A stretch of DNA of 45,194 bases, taken from NCBI GenBank assembly GCA_964388775.1, contig CAYMBW010000003.1, forward strand, positions 1 through 45,194. The letters are read 5' to 3'. The stretch is from an uncultured Candidatus Saccharibacteria bacterium (lineage in GTDB: Bacteria; Patescibacteriota; Minisyncoccia; Minisyncoccales; PEYH01). Positions 1 to 8,033 of this stretch are shown piece after piece. Positions within the stretch are counted from its first letter, which is position 1. Every line of letters begins with the position of its first letter. The notes beneath the pieces were generated by a model. It worked only from the letters and a program-made list of their open reading frames with translations. It had not been told where the DNA came from and did no database searches. A program made the position numbers and the translations under genes.

Positions 1-54
1 GCAGCACAGAAACTTGTGGAGTTTCCAGAGGCGGTTCGAGTCCGCTTAGCCACC
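1..54 (+). tRNA. tRNA-His(GTG), 5' part cut by window edge
   Basis: Anticodon arm GAAAC-TTGTGGA-GTTTC (GTG). T-arm GGCGG-TTCGAGT-CCGCT. 3' acceptor TAGCCAC plus discriminator C, as in tRNA-His. Confidence 0.7.
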
Positions 55-302
55 CAAAATACCAGAAACCCTTGTACAATAGGGGTTTTTGGGTATAATG
101 AAAATACGAAAAACGATGCATTGTTTTGTGCTGGACAAAAAGCCATTATTGAAAAAGATGGCAAGGGTTTAATCCTTAATGACCCCATTGAGGAGTTAGA
201 TTATCCTGGAGGGAAAATACAAATTAGTAAACAGAATTCCGCTTGCGGGTTTTTATTAAAATCTTGTTTTAAGGCTTTAAAAATGATAATCTTATTTTAA
301 AA

Positions 303-374
303 GCCCCCATAGTTCAAGGGACAGAACAAGAGACTCCTAAGCTCTAGATCCAGGTTCGAGTCCTGGCGGGGGCA
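303..374 (+). tRNA. tRNA-Arg(CCT)
   Basis: Hand-folded cloverleaf: acceptor GCCCCCA/CGGGGGC (one A-C mismatch), anticodon loop CTCCTAA, T-arm CCAGG-TTCGAGT-CCTGG, discriminator A. Confidence 0.85.
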
Positions 375-392
375 CAGGCGAATCAATGTGGC

Positions 393-413
393 TGTTAGGG
401 TCGCACCCTAACA
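393..413. repeat. GC-rich palindrome TGTTAGGGT-CGC-ACCCTAACA (family copy 1)
   Basis: Perfect 9-bp inverted repeat with a 3-nt loop. The same core recurs at 24277, 32894 and 45110. Confidence 0.9.
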
Positions 414-420
414 ATTAATG

Positions 421-465
421 GGCCCATAGTCTAGTGGCAAAACACGCCCCGCCCATTTATGGGCC
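421..465 (+). other. tRNA 5'-half-like fragment (Glu-like acceptor plus D-arm), probable remnant
   Basis: GGCCCATAGTCTAGTGGCAAAACACGCCCC resembles the 5' half of a Glu-type tRNA (compare 28955). No T-arm follows. Ends GGCCCATA/TATGGGCC can pair and overlap the start of tRNA-Ala. Confidence 0.3.
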
Positions 466-533
466 GTTGGCGCAGTTGGTAGCGCGCCTCTATGGCATAG
501 AGGAGGTCGCCGGTTCAAGTCCGGCACGGTCCA
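461..533 (+). tRNA. tRNA-Ala(GGC)
   Basis: Acceptor GGGCCGT/ACGGTCC (one G-U pair), D-arm GCGC-AGTTGGT-AGCGC, anticodon arm CCTCT-ATGGCAT-AGAGG, T-arm GCCGG-TTCAAGT-CCGGC. Confidence 0.85.
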
Positions 534-535
534 CA

Positions 536-606
536 ATAATCACTAATCACTAATTAATAATTAATAGTCAATAACCAATAATCAGTTATCAATGATTAAT
601 TATTAA
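536..606 (-). repeat. Period-7 TGATWAN heptamer array (about 10 units, minus orientation)
   Basis: AATCACT AATCACT AATTAAT AATTAAT AGTCAAT AACCAAT AATCAGT TATCAAT GATTAAT, read in phase. Confidence 0.8.
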
Positions 607-613
607 ACTTATT

Positions 614-1825
614 ATGAAAATTGATTCTAAAAAAATAGATGAAATTTTAACAAGAGGCGTTGAGAAGATTGCCGATAAAGAGCATCTCAAAAAAGCTCTT
701 GTTTCGGGTAAAAAATTAAGAATTAAGCTTGGCATTGACCCTACCGGAGACAAGATTCATATTGGCCGGGCGATTCAACTTTGGAAGCTTAAGGCGCTTC
801 AGGACTTAGGGCATAAAATCGTTTTGATTATCGGCGATTTTACCGCCCGCATCGGCGATCCCTCGGACAAGCCAGAGGGCCGAAAAGGCCTTAAAGATGA
901 GGATATAAAAAAGAACGTCAAATCATATTCAGCTCAAATTGGCAAAATTCTTGATTTAAAGAAAACAGAAATTAGATATAACAGCGAATGGTTTGATAAG
1001 ATGCCTCTTGGCGATTTTTTACACTTAGCCGGAAATTTTTCCGTCCAACAATTAGTCCAGAGAAGAAATTTTAACGAAAGATGGAAAAAAGGAGAACCGA
1101 TTTCCTTAAAAGAAATCTGTTATCCCCTTTTACAGGGTTATGATTCCGTGGCAGTTAAGGCAGACATGGAATTGGGCGGTTATGACCAGCTTTTTAATCT
1201 TAATGCCGGCAGAGATATTCAGCGATTATTCGGGCTTCCTCCGCAGGACATAATGACTCTTAAAATGCTTTCAGGTCTTGATGGCAGAAAAATGTCCACC
1301 AGCTGGGGCAACGTGGTCAATATTGTTGATAAACCGGAAGATATGTATGGTAAATTGATGTCTATGCGGGACGAAATGATTTTTGATTATTTTGAGCTCT
1401 GCACGCTTGTTTGTGATAAGGAATTAAGCGAAATTCAGAAAGAGCTAAAAAGAAAAGACGTTAATCCGAAAGATATCAAGGCGAGATTAGCCAGAGAAAT
1501 AGTTTCTTTGTATTATGGAGAGAAATCGGCGCAGAAAGCAGAACAGGAGTTCAGCAAAATATTTAAAGAAAAGAGCTTGCCTTCCAAAATGCCGGTGTTT
1601 TTTACCCCAAAACCGAGTTATCCGATTACCGAGCTTTTGTTTCATTTGGGGCTGGCCGGTTCTAAGAGTGAAGGAAAAAGATTGGTAATTCAGGGAGGGG
1701 TTAAGGTTGATTCTAATGTGGTCAAAGATTTTAAGCAGGAAATAAAAGTGAGAGATGAAATGATTATTCAGGTTGGCAAAAGAAAATTTGCCAAACTGAT
1801 TACTCACGATGGCAGGTGCGAATAA
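614..1825 (+). CDS. tyrS: Tyrosyl-tRNA synthetase
   Basis: Class I HIGH motif (HIGRAIQ), KMSKS-type motif (KMSTS), and a C-terminal S4-like domain (GSKSEGKRLVIQGGVKVD). Confidence 0.85.
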   Translation: MKIDSKKIDEILTRGVEKIADKEHLKKALVSGKKLRIKLGIDPTGDKIHIGRAIQLWKLKALQDLGHKIVLIIGDFTARIGDPSDKPEGRKGLKDEDIKKNVKSYSAQIGKILDLKKTEIRYNSEWFDKMPLGDFLHLAGNFSVQQLVQRRNFNERWKKGEPISLKEICYPLLQGYDSVAVKADMELGGYDQLFNLNAGRDIQRLFGLPPQDIMTLKMLSGLDGRKMSTSWGNVVNIVDKPEDMYGKLMSMRDEMIFDYFELCTLVCDKELSEIQKELKRKDVNPKDIKARLAREIVSLYYGEKSAQKAEQEFSKIFKEKSLPSKMPVFFTPKPSYPITELLFHLGLAGSKSEGKRLVIQGGVKVDSNVVKDFKQEIKVRDEMIIQVGKRKFAKLITHDGRCE

Positions 1826-2777
1826 AGAAAAAGTCGCTATTATTGGCGCGGGAATTATAGGGCTTTATTTGGCTTGGCGTTTAAGGCAGAAGGGTCATAG
1901 CGTTGTCGTTTTTGAGCAAAAGAGCAATATTGGAGGCAAGCCATGCAGCGCATTAATATCAGAACGAATTAAAGAATATTTGCCCATAAGCGATAACGTT
2001 TACCAAAAAAGAGCGGAATCAGTTTTAGTCCATTTTTCTAAAAAAGATATTAGGATTAAAGTACGCCCTGCTTATCTTGTTTTTGAAAGAGAGGTTTTGG
2101 ATAATTTTGTCTATAATTTGGCCAAAAACGCCGGAGTAGAGATAGTTTTTAATCATGAGATTAAACAAATCCCGGACGGTTTTGATAGAATTATCGGATG
2201 TGATGGGGCTTTGTCTCAGACAAGACAACTATTATCTCTACCAAGGCCTGTCTGCCGTTTGGGGATACAATATTTTGTTAGCAACACTGATGTGTCGGGA
2301 GAAACTATTGAAGTTTGGCCCCAGAAATTCGTTTGTCATCCCAGATATGGCTTTACATGGAAGGTTTTGAAAAAGGGAAAAATTGAATATGGGATTATTG
2401 GTCCGAGCCAAGAAGCCAAGAAAAAATTTGATGTATTTTTAGATAAATCAGGAGTAAATTTTGAAGAAAGTGATTTTCAAGCAGCGATAATCCCTCAAGG
2501 ATTGCGGCTTCCAAAATCAGACAGCATTACTCTGCTTGGGGATTCCGCCGGGATGACTAAGCCGACAACCGGTGGAGGAATTATTTGGGGACTCAAAGCA
2601 GGAGATATTTTAGCGGATTCTTTCCCTGATTTTGACAAATACCGAAGAAAAGCCAAAAGATTTTTCATTCCCAAAATTTTAAAAGGCAAAATAGCGGTTT
2701 CTGTCAGTTATTACTTGGGGCGTTATTTCCCTTTTCTGCTTCCTAAACAAATATCAATTGACCCGGATTTGTTTTAG
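1809..2777 (+). CDS. FAD-dependent oxidoreductase, geranylgeranyl reductase-like
   Basis: N-terminal Rossmann motif VAIIGAGIIGLYLA...VVVFE. Motifs GCDGALS and GDSAGMTKPTTGGGI are typical of this family. Overlaps tyrS by 17 nt. Confidence 0.65.
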   Translation: MAGANKEKVAIIGAGIIGLYLAWRLRQKGHSVVVFEQKSNIGGKPCSALISERIKEYLPISDNVYQKRAESVLVHFSKKDIRIKVRPAYLVFEREVLDNFVYNLAKNAGVEIVFNHEIKQIPDGFDRIIGCDGALSQTRQLLSLPRPVCRLGIQYFVSNTDVSGETIEVWPQKFVCHPRYGFTWKVLKKGKIEYGIIGPSQEAKKKFDVFLDKSGVNFEESDFQAAIIPQGLRLPKSDSITLLGDSAGMTKPTTGGGIIWGLKAGDILADSFPDFDKYRRKAKRFFIPKILKGKIAVSVSYYLGRYFPFLLPKQISIDPDLF

Positions 2778-2824
2778 TCCTAATCTTTTTATTTTTAGAA
2801 TAACGAACAGCGAGATAATAATTT

Positions 2825-2909
2825 GGAGGGGTGTCTGAGTGGCTGAAAGAGATGGTTTCGAAAACCATTGTAGCTATTGCTACCGTGAGTTCGAATCTCA
2901 CCCCCTCCG
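2825..2909 (+). tRNA. tRNA-Ser(CGA)
   Basis: Acceptor GGAGGGG/CCCCTCC, anticodon arm ATGGT-TTCGAAA-ACCAT, long variable arm TGTAGCTATTGCTACC, T-arm GTGAG-TTCGAAT-CTCAC, discriminator G. Confidence 0.9.
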
Positions 2910-2935
2910 CATTTATCCCTAACTACAAATTATTC
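2908..2935 (+). repeat. Direct repeat, left copy (CGCATTTATCCCTAACTACAAATTATTC)
   Basis: Matches 5788-5815 at 24 of 28 positions. Starts in the last 2 nt of tRNA-Ser(CGA). Confidence 0.75.
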
Positions 2936-3045
2936 ACACAAATTACGAAAATGATAACGAATTATAAAAGATATAGTTTTTCCCTTCCCGCTAATGTGGA
3001 AATTTGCTAACATATAATTATAAAAGTTTTTTAATCAACGCAACC

Positions 3046-3735
3046 ATGAATAGTGAATTATACGAAGTGATAAAAACGTATGCCACTAAATCTCACAAAG
3101 AATTGGCTTCTTTGCTTTTGGATAAGTCCAAGGATCAATTAATCGCGCTTTTGAATGGCCTAATCACTATCTATATTAATGACAGAAATTCGTCGCTTCT
3201 CAGAGAATATATTACTGTCTCTCTTGCTGGCTATGTTCCGACCGATACTAAAATCGGCTATAATGGTTTTAAGCAATCAACTCAAATTGGTGGCGAAACT
3301 ATAGCATGTGAAGCAAAACCTCAAAATTTAAACACAGAGGACAATAGCAAAAGAAAAAATCCTCGCCGTTTGAATGGCGGAGGTAATTTTACCGACTATA
3401 CGTACAAACGATTGGCGAGAGATAAGAAAGAAAGTCTTAATATGTTGATTAGCGGTTTTGTTGACGGAGAGCTTGTTTATGTTTTAGAATTTCCGTTCAG
3501 TTGCCAGTCTTTTGTTAAGAGATTAAATATCCAACTTAAAAGGAGATTTCCGGATGGAGATAAATCCGGTGAATTTTTACGTAGCGCTAACTTTGTTTTT
3601 GAACATTATAAAAATTGTAAGGAATTAAAAATAGTTTATCTAGAAAGAGAAAAATTAGAAAAGAATAAGAAATATCTTACTAAAAAATATTACGATTTTT
3701 TATTGAAAAGGATAAACAATGAAACCAAAAGATAA
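3046..3735 (+). CDS. Hypothetical protein, candidate type II restriction endonuclease
   Basis: Overlaps the downstream DNA methyltransferase by 17 nt. Has a possible PD-(D/E)xK-like segment (TDTK...GGETIACEAK). ATG at 3046 is preferred over the TTG at 3004. No family was recognised from sequence alone. Confidence 0.4.
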   Translation: MNSELYEVIKTYATKSHKELASLLLDKSKDQLIALLNGLITIYINDRNSSLLREYITVSLAGYVPTDTKIGYNGFKQSTQIGGETIACEAKPQNLNTEDNSKRKNPRRLNGGGNFTDYTYKRLARDKKESLNMLISGFVDGELVYVLEFPFSCQSFVKRLNIQLKRRFPDGDKSGEFLRSANFVFEHYKNCKELKIVYLEREKLEKNKKYLTKKYYDFLLKRINNETKR

Positions 3736-4564
3736 AATTATTCAGGGCGATGCCCTTGATGTTTTAAAAAAAATTGATGATAGTTTTATTGATTTAAGCA
3801 TCACATCACCACCTTATAATAAGGGCGAAAAACATAAGGGCTGGTTGGTTAAGAATGTTAAATATAACATAGCGAGCGACAGCGTTCCTGAAGAAATCTA
3901 TCAAGAGCAACAAATTAAAGTATTGGATGAAGTTTTTAGGGTTACAAAACCGGGTGGTTCATTTTTCTATAATCATAAAATAAGATGGACGCGAGGTAAA
4001 ATGTTGCACCCAGTTGAATGGGTTCAAAAAACAAAATGGACAATTAGACAGGAAATAACTTGGGACAGAATGATTGCAGCGAATATTAGGGGTTGGCGTT
4101 TTTGGCAGATTGACGAAAGAATTTATTGGCTTTATAAACCAATTGACGGTAATAAAATTGGAAAGGAGTTAAAATCTAAACACGCACTGCTAACTTCAAT
4201 TTGGCGATTTCCTCCTGAAAGAAAAAATGGGCATCCTGCCCCATTCCCGTTGATTCTACCAGCGAGAATAATTTATTCTATTTTAGACGACAAGAAAGGA
4301 GTGGTTTTGGATCCGTATGTTGGCAGCGGAACGACTTGTTTGGCTGCAAAATTATTAGCTTCAAATTATATTGGTATAGATATTTCAAAAGAATACGTAA
4401 AAGACGCGGAAAATAGATTAAAAAATTATCTAAACTATAAAAAAATAGTAGATGAAGAAATATCTAAACATATTGTAGAAAAGACGTTTGAAGAGAGAAA
4501 AAATAATAATAGCAATACTGGAAAATTTCGTAATGGAACCATGATTCAATCAAAATTTTTATAA
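3719..4564 (+). CDS. DNA methyltransferase, N4-cytosine/N6-adenine beta class
   Basis: Catalytic motif IV SPPYN (DLSITSPPYN) lies upstream of the AdoMet motif I DPYVGSGTT. That motif order is beta-class. Confidence 0.8.
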   Translation: MKPKDKIIQGDALDVLKKIDDSFIDLSITSPPYNKGEKHKGWLVKNVKYNIASDSVPEEIYQEQQIKVLDEVFRVTKPGGSFFYNHKIRWTRGKMLHPVEWVQKTKWTIRQEITWDRMIAANIRGWRFWQIDERIYWLYKPIDGNKIGKELKSKHALLTSIWRFPPERKNGHPAPFPLILPARIIYSILDDKKGVVLDPYVGSGTTCLAAKLLASNYIGIDISKEYVKDAENRLKNYLNYKKIVDEEISKHIVEKTFEERKNNNSNTGKFRNGTMIQSKFL

Positions 4565-4657
4565 TTATATTTTAGCAAATTGCTTCGCGATTAAAGAATC
4601 ATACATTAACCAATGCGGCATATCTGGCTCCGCTGCGCCAGGGAAATTTGTTATCGG

Positions 4658-5749
4658 ATGAGTAAGATGCTTAAAAAGAAAATTGAAAATAGAATAACTC
4701 AAGCAATCCAAGAAAAAGTATTTCCGGGTTGTGTGATTGGTATTATCAAGAAAAATAAGGAGCGCATTGTCGTTCCATTTGGTTATTTTACTTACGAAAA
4801 TGATGCGCCCATAGTACAGGAAGATTCTATTTTTGATGTGGCATCTATTACCAAATCTATTCCTACGGCTTCGTTAGCTCTGAAATTAATAGATGAAGGC
4901 AAATTAAACTTGAACGATAAACTGGTCGATTTTATACCCGAGTTCAGAAATTCTGCGAGGAATGCTGTCCTTATTAAACATCTCCTTACTCAAACCCTTG
5001 TTTTTAGGTCGAATTCTCCCGAAGGGAAATTTAGGCTCTCGGCTTACAAAAATCGTAGCCCCGAAGAAATTTTGGATATTATTTTTACTGCCGAATTTGA
5101 ATCGCCTCCTGGAACAAAGTTTTTTTATACTAACGCAACAAGCATTCTTTTGGGGTTAGTGGTTGAGAGAATTTTTAATGAATCTCTCGACAAACTTGGC
5201 GGAATCTATTTTTTTAGACCCTTAGACATGGAACATACTTTATTTGAGCCATTAGACAAATTCCCAAAAGAAGAAATTGTGCCTACAGAAATTCAGGAGT
5301 GGAGACATGGGGTAATCCAAGGAGAGGTGCATGATGAAAGCGCTTATACCTTAAAACAAATGACAAATGTTGGCTCGGCGGGTTTGTTCTCCACCGTTTC
5401 GGATCTCCTTACCTTTTTAGAGATGCTTTTAAATAAGGGCGTGTTTAACGGCCGACGCTATTTTTCTTCAGAAATCGTAGAGCAAATGTACACCAACCAA
5501 CTTTTAGACATAGGTCAATGTACGGGCTTGGGGTGGGAATTAAATCAACCTCGGTATATGGGCCAAAAATGCGCAGAAACAACCTTTGGAAAAACAGGAT
5601 TTACAGGTTGTGCTGTAATTTGTGATATTGAAAGGGAAATTGGTATTGTTATTCTTTCAAATTGCGCATTTCCCAAAAGAAAACAGGATGCGATGTTAAT
5701 TAATAAGCTTAGGAGCGATATTGCTGATTTGGTATTTGAAACTTTATAA
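4658..5749 (+). CDS. Serine hydrolase, beta-lactamase/penicillin-binding family
   Basis: SxxK motif (ASITKS), a later YTN motif, and a C-terminal KTGFTG (KTG box). ATG at 4658 is preferred over 4613. Confidence 0.7.
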   Translation: MSKMLKKKIENRITQAIQEKVFPGCVIGIIKKNKERIVVPFGYFTYENDAPIVQEDSIFDVASITKSIPTASLALKLIDEGKLNLNDKLVDFIPEFRNSARNAVLIKHLLTQTLVFRSNSPEGKFRLSAYKNRSPEEILDIIFTAEFESPPGTKFFYTNATSILLGLVVERIFNESLDKLGGIYFFRPLDMEHTLFEPLDKFPKEEIVPTEIQEWRHGVIQGEVHDESAYTLKQMTNVGSAGLFSTVSDLLTFLEMLLNKGVFNGRRYFSSEIVEQMYTNQLLDIGQCTGLGWELNQPRYMGQKCAETTFGKTGFTGCAVICDIEREIGIVILSNCAFPKRKQDAMLINKLRSDIADLVFETL

Positions 5750-5787
5750 CAGATGGCAGTACATAATGTCAGGTGATAGTTTCGTTG

Positions 5788-5815
5788 CGCTTTTATCCCT
5801 AACTGTAAATTACTC
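5788..5815 (+). repeat. Direct repeat, right copy (CGCTTTTATCCCTAACTGTAAATTACTC)
   Basis: Matches 2908-2935 at 24 of 28 positions. Confidence 0.75.
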
Positions 5816-5916
5816 GCCTGAATTGTGATTTAAAATAAGACAAGATACCGCAGGAGGCGGTTTTTTCTTGAAAAATAGCGAGATTCGGTGTATTATTCCT
5901 ATTACTCGGTTTATTT

Positions 5917-7410
5917 ATGAAACAATCAAAACAAGACAATTTAAAGGAACGGGCGCCGATAGTGGTGGTTATAGGCCATGTTGACCATGGCAAGTCCTCG
6001 CTTTTGGAAGCGATTAAGGATTTTCGAATTACTCAAAAAGAATCAGGCGGGATTACTCAGCACATCGGAGCCTATGAGGTAGAATACAAAGGAAAGAAAA
6101 TTACTTTTATTGATACGCCCGGGCATGAAGCGTTTTGCGCTATGCGTTCAAGGGGCGTCAATATTGCCGATATAGCCGTTTTAGTAGTGGCTGCCGAAGA
6201 GGGGGTAAAACCGCAGACAAAGGAATCGATAGATTGTATTCAAGAAGCAGGGATTCAGGCCATTGTGGCGATTAATAAAATAGATAAGCCGGAAGCCAAT
6301 CCCCAGAAAGTTAAAGGCGAATTGGCAAAGGCGGGCATAACTACAGAAGATATGGGAGGAGATGTTCCCTGTGTGCTTACTTCCGCTCTTAAAAAGACAG
6401 GAATTGACGACTTATTGGAAATGATTCTGTTGCTTGCCGAGATGCAAGGGATTAAGGGCAGATATGAAAAGCCGGCAGAAGGAGTAGTTATTGAAACCTA
6501 CTTAGACGAGAAAAGGGGGTATGTAGCAACGCTTTTAGCCAAAAATGGAATTCTGGAGACGCAGGATTTTGTGGCCACGCCGTCAGCGATTGGCAAAATA
6601 AAAAACATGGAGGATTTTCAAGGCAAGCATCTTGTGCAAGCGATTCCCTCTCAGCCGGTTTCAATATTGGGATTTGAGAAGATACCTTTTGTGGGAGAGG
6701 TTTTTAAAAGTTTTTCTGACATTGAAAAGGCAAGAGAATATGTTATAAAAGAAGGCAGAGAAACACCGGAAGAATCTTCTCAAGTTAAGGAAGGACAGAA
6801 ATTTTTGAATATCATTTTGAAGACAGATGTAGTCGGCTCACTAGATGCTTTAGAGGGGATGATTAAAATTCTTCCCAAACAGGATATGGCGGTCCATATT
6901 CTTAAATCAGGGGTAGGAATCATTACAGAGGATGATATCCAGACAGCGGCTGCGGGAAAGGCCAAAATATTTGCCTTTAGGACAAAGCCATCTGTTCGCG
7001 CTCTAAGGATAGCCGACCAGAAGAAAATAACCATTTTACACTATGAGGTTGTATATGAGCTGATTCAGGATCTTCGTCGCTTGATGAAACATGAGGCGGA
7101 GCAAGAAATTGTGCGCAGAGATATCGGGAAAATGCAGATATTAAAAGTTTTTATGACTGATAAGAATAGCCAGATTGTGGGAGGCAGAGTGGTGGAAGGA
7201 GAGATTACCAAAAATGCCAAGTTAGAGATATTCAGGAACAATGAGCTAATCGGCAAAGGGACAATTTCCGGAATCCAAAAAGAGAAAAAAACGGTTGAGA
7301 GAGGAGTTTTGGATGACGAAATAGGAATACTCTACCGCGGGGCAACCAAGATCGAGGAGGACGATATTTTATCTTTTTATGTGGAAGAGAAAAAGCAAGT
7401 GGATATTTAA
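5917..7410 (+). CDS. infB: Translation initiation factor IF-2 (short form, no long N-terminal region)
   Basis: GTPase motifs [17 protein letters not shown] and NKID. Followed by rbfA, as in the conserved operon. Confidence 0.9.
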   Translation: MKQSKQDNLKERAPIVVVIGHVDHGKSSLLEAIKDFRITQKESGGITQHIGAYEVEYKGKKITFIDTPGHEAFCAMRSRGVNIADIAVLVVAAEEGVKPQTKESIDCIQEAGIQAIVAINKIDKPEANPQKVKGELAKAGITTEDMGGDVPCVLTSALKKTGIDDLLEMILLLAEMQGIKGRYEKPAEGVVIETYLDEKRGYVATLLAKNGILETQDFVATPSAIGKIKNMEDFQGKHLVQAIPSQPVSILGFEKIPFVGEVFKSFSDIEKAREYVIKEGRETPEESSQVKEGQKFLNIILKTDVVGSLDALEGMIKILPKQDMAVHILKSGVGIITEDDIQTAAAGKAKIFAFRTKPSVRALRIADQKKITILHYEVVYELIQDLRRLMKHEAEQEIVRRDIGKMQILKVFMTDKNSQIVGGRVVEGEITKNAKLEIFRNNELIGKGTISGIQKEKKTVERGVLDDEIGILYRGATKIEEDDILSFYVEEKKQVDI

Positions 7411-7421
7411 ACATAATACAA

Positions 7422-7766
7422 ATGTTTTCAAGAATAGACCGGCTTAATGAGCTTTTAAAAAGAGAAATAGGAAATATTCTTTTAAGAGAGGAGGGGTTTG
7501 ATAGGAATATTTTAGTGACAATAACTAAAGTGGATATTTCAGGCGATTTAAGCGAAGCGAAAGTGTTTGTAAGCGTGATGCCGGCGGATAGGAGGCAGGA
7601 GATAATGAGTTCTCTTAAGGGAGATATATATAACATCCAGAAAATATTGGACAGAAAGATGCGTATAAAAAAGATTCCTAAAATAATCTTTTGTGAGGAA
7701 AAACAAGTGGAAGAGGCGGGCAGGATTGAAGAGTTATTGTCAGGAATCCATAAGAATGGCAAATGA
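7422..7766 (+). CDS. rbfA: Ribosome-binding factor A
   Basis: About 114 aa. N-terminal RLNELLKREIGNIL signature. Lies directly after infB. Confidence 0.8.
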   Translation: MFSRIDRLNELLKREIGNILLREEGFDRNILVTITKVDISGDLSEAKVFVSVMPADRRQEIMSSLKGDIYNIQKILDRKMRIKKIPKIIFCEEKQVEEAGRIEELLSGIHKNGK

Positions 7767-7847
7767 TAACTAATAACTAATAACTAATAACTAATAATTA
7801 ATCATTGATAATTGATAACTAATACTTGATTATTGATAATTGATTAT
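7764..7847 (+). repeat. Period-7 heptamer array, 12 in-phase units
   Basis: TGATAAC TAATAAC x3 TAATAAT TAATCAT TGATAAT TGATAAC TAATACT TGATTAT TGATAAT TGATTAT. The first TGA is the rbfA stop codon. Confidence 0.9.
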
Positions 7848-7851
7848 TTTG

Positions 7852-7923
7852 GGCCAGGTAGCCAAGCAGCAAGGCAGCGGTTTGCAAAACCGCTATACGT
7901 GGGTGCAACTCCCGCCCTGGCCT
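7852..7923 (+). tRNA. tRNA-Cys(GCA) with non-canonical D- and T-loops
   Basis: Acceptor GGCCAGG/CCTGGCC, anticodon arm GCGGT-TTGCAAA-ACCGC, T-arm GTGGG-TGCAACT-CCCGC. The D-loop AAGCAGCAA lacks GG. Confidence 0.75.
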
Positions 7924-7938
7924 CTCAAGAGAAAACAT

Positions 7939-8021
7939 GCCGGAGTGTTGGAATAGCAGACAATCAGGACTTAAAATCCTGTGGGCTTATGCCCGTGAGG
8001 GTGCAAATCCCTCCTCCGGCA
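7939..8021 (+). tRNA. tRNA-Leu(TAA) with non-canonical D- and T-loops
   Basis: Acceptor GCCGGAG/CTCCGGC, anticodon arm CAGGA-CTTAAAA-TCCTG, long variable arm, T-arm GAGGG-TGCAAAT-CCCTC. The D-loop GAATAGCAGA lacks GG. Confidence 0.8.
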
Positions 8022-8033
8022 TAAATTTGTTTT

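Noticed and set aside
16-300. 94-aa ORF at the window start
   Set aside because: Its first 39 nt are the 3' part of tRNA-His. It has no internal ATG until the last few codons and no recognisable domain. The region 55-300 remains unassigned; it has weak hairpins at about 67-90 and 247-258 and could hold a small RNA, but I cannot support a call.
393-413. TTAGGG/CCCTAA telomere-like motif
   Set aside because: It occurs only as single inverted copies forming hairpins, not as tandem arrays. The resemblance to eukaryotic telomere repeats is taken as coincidental.
2908-5815. Calling the repeat-bounded segment an active integrative element
   Set aside because: No integrase, recombinase or excisionase gene is present. 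It is reported only as a possible decayed islet.
5852-5875. Terminator after the serine hydrolase gene (CCGC-AGGAG-GCGG followed by TTTTTT)
   Set aside because: The stem is only 4 bp. That is too weak to list as a feature, although the T-tract is suggestive.
7232-7762. 176-aa minus-strand ORF
   Set aside because: It is antisense to the well-supported infB 3' end and rbfA, with Ser/Leu/Phe/Ile-rich low complexity. The same reasoning applies to 12394-12912 (antisense ftsH), 31718-32416 (antisense recG), 19011-19439 (antisense gyrA) and 25485-26135 (antisense to the Wzy-like gene).
7833-8024. 63-aa ORF
   Set aside because: It is simply the translation of the tRNA-Cys and tRNA-Leu(TAA) genes.
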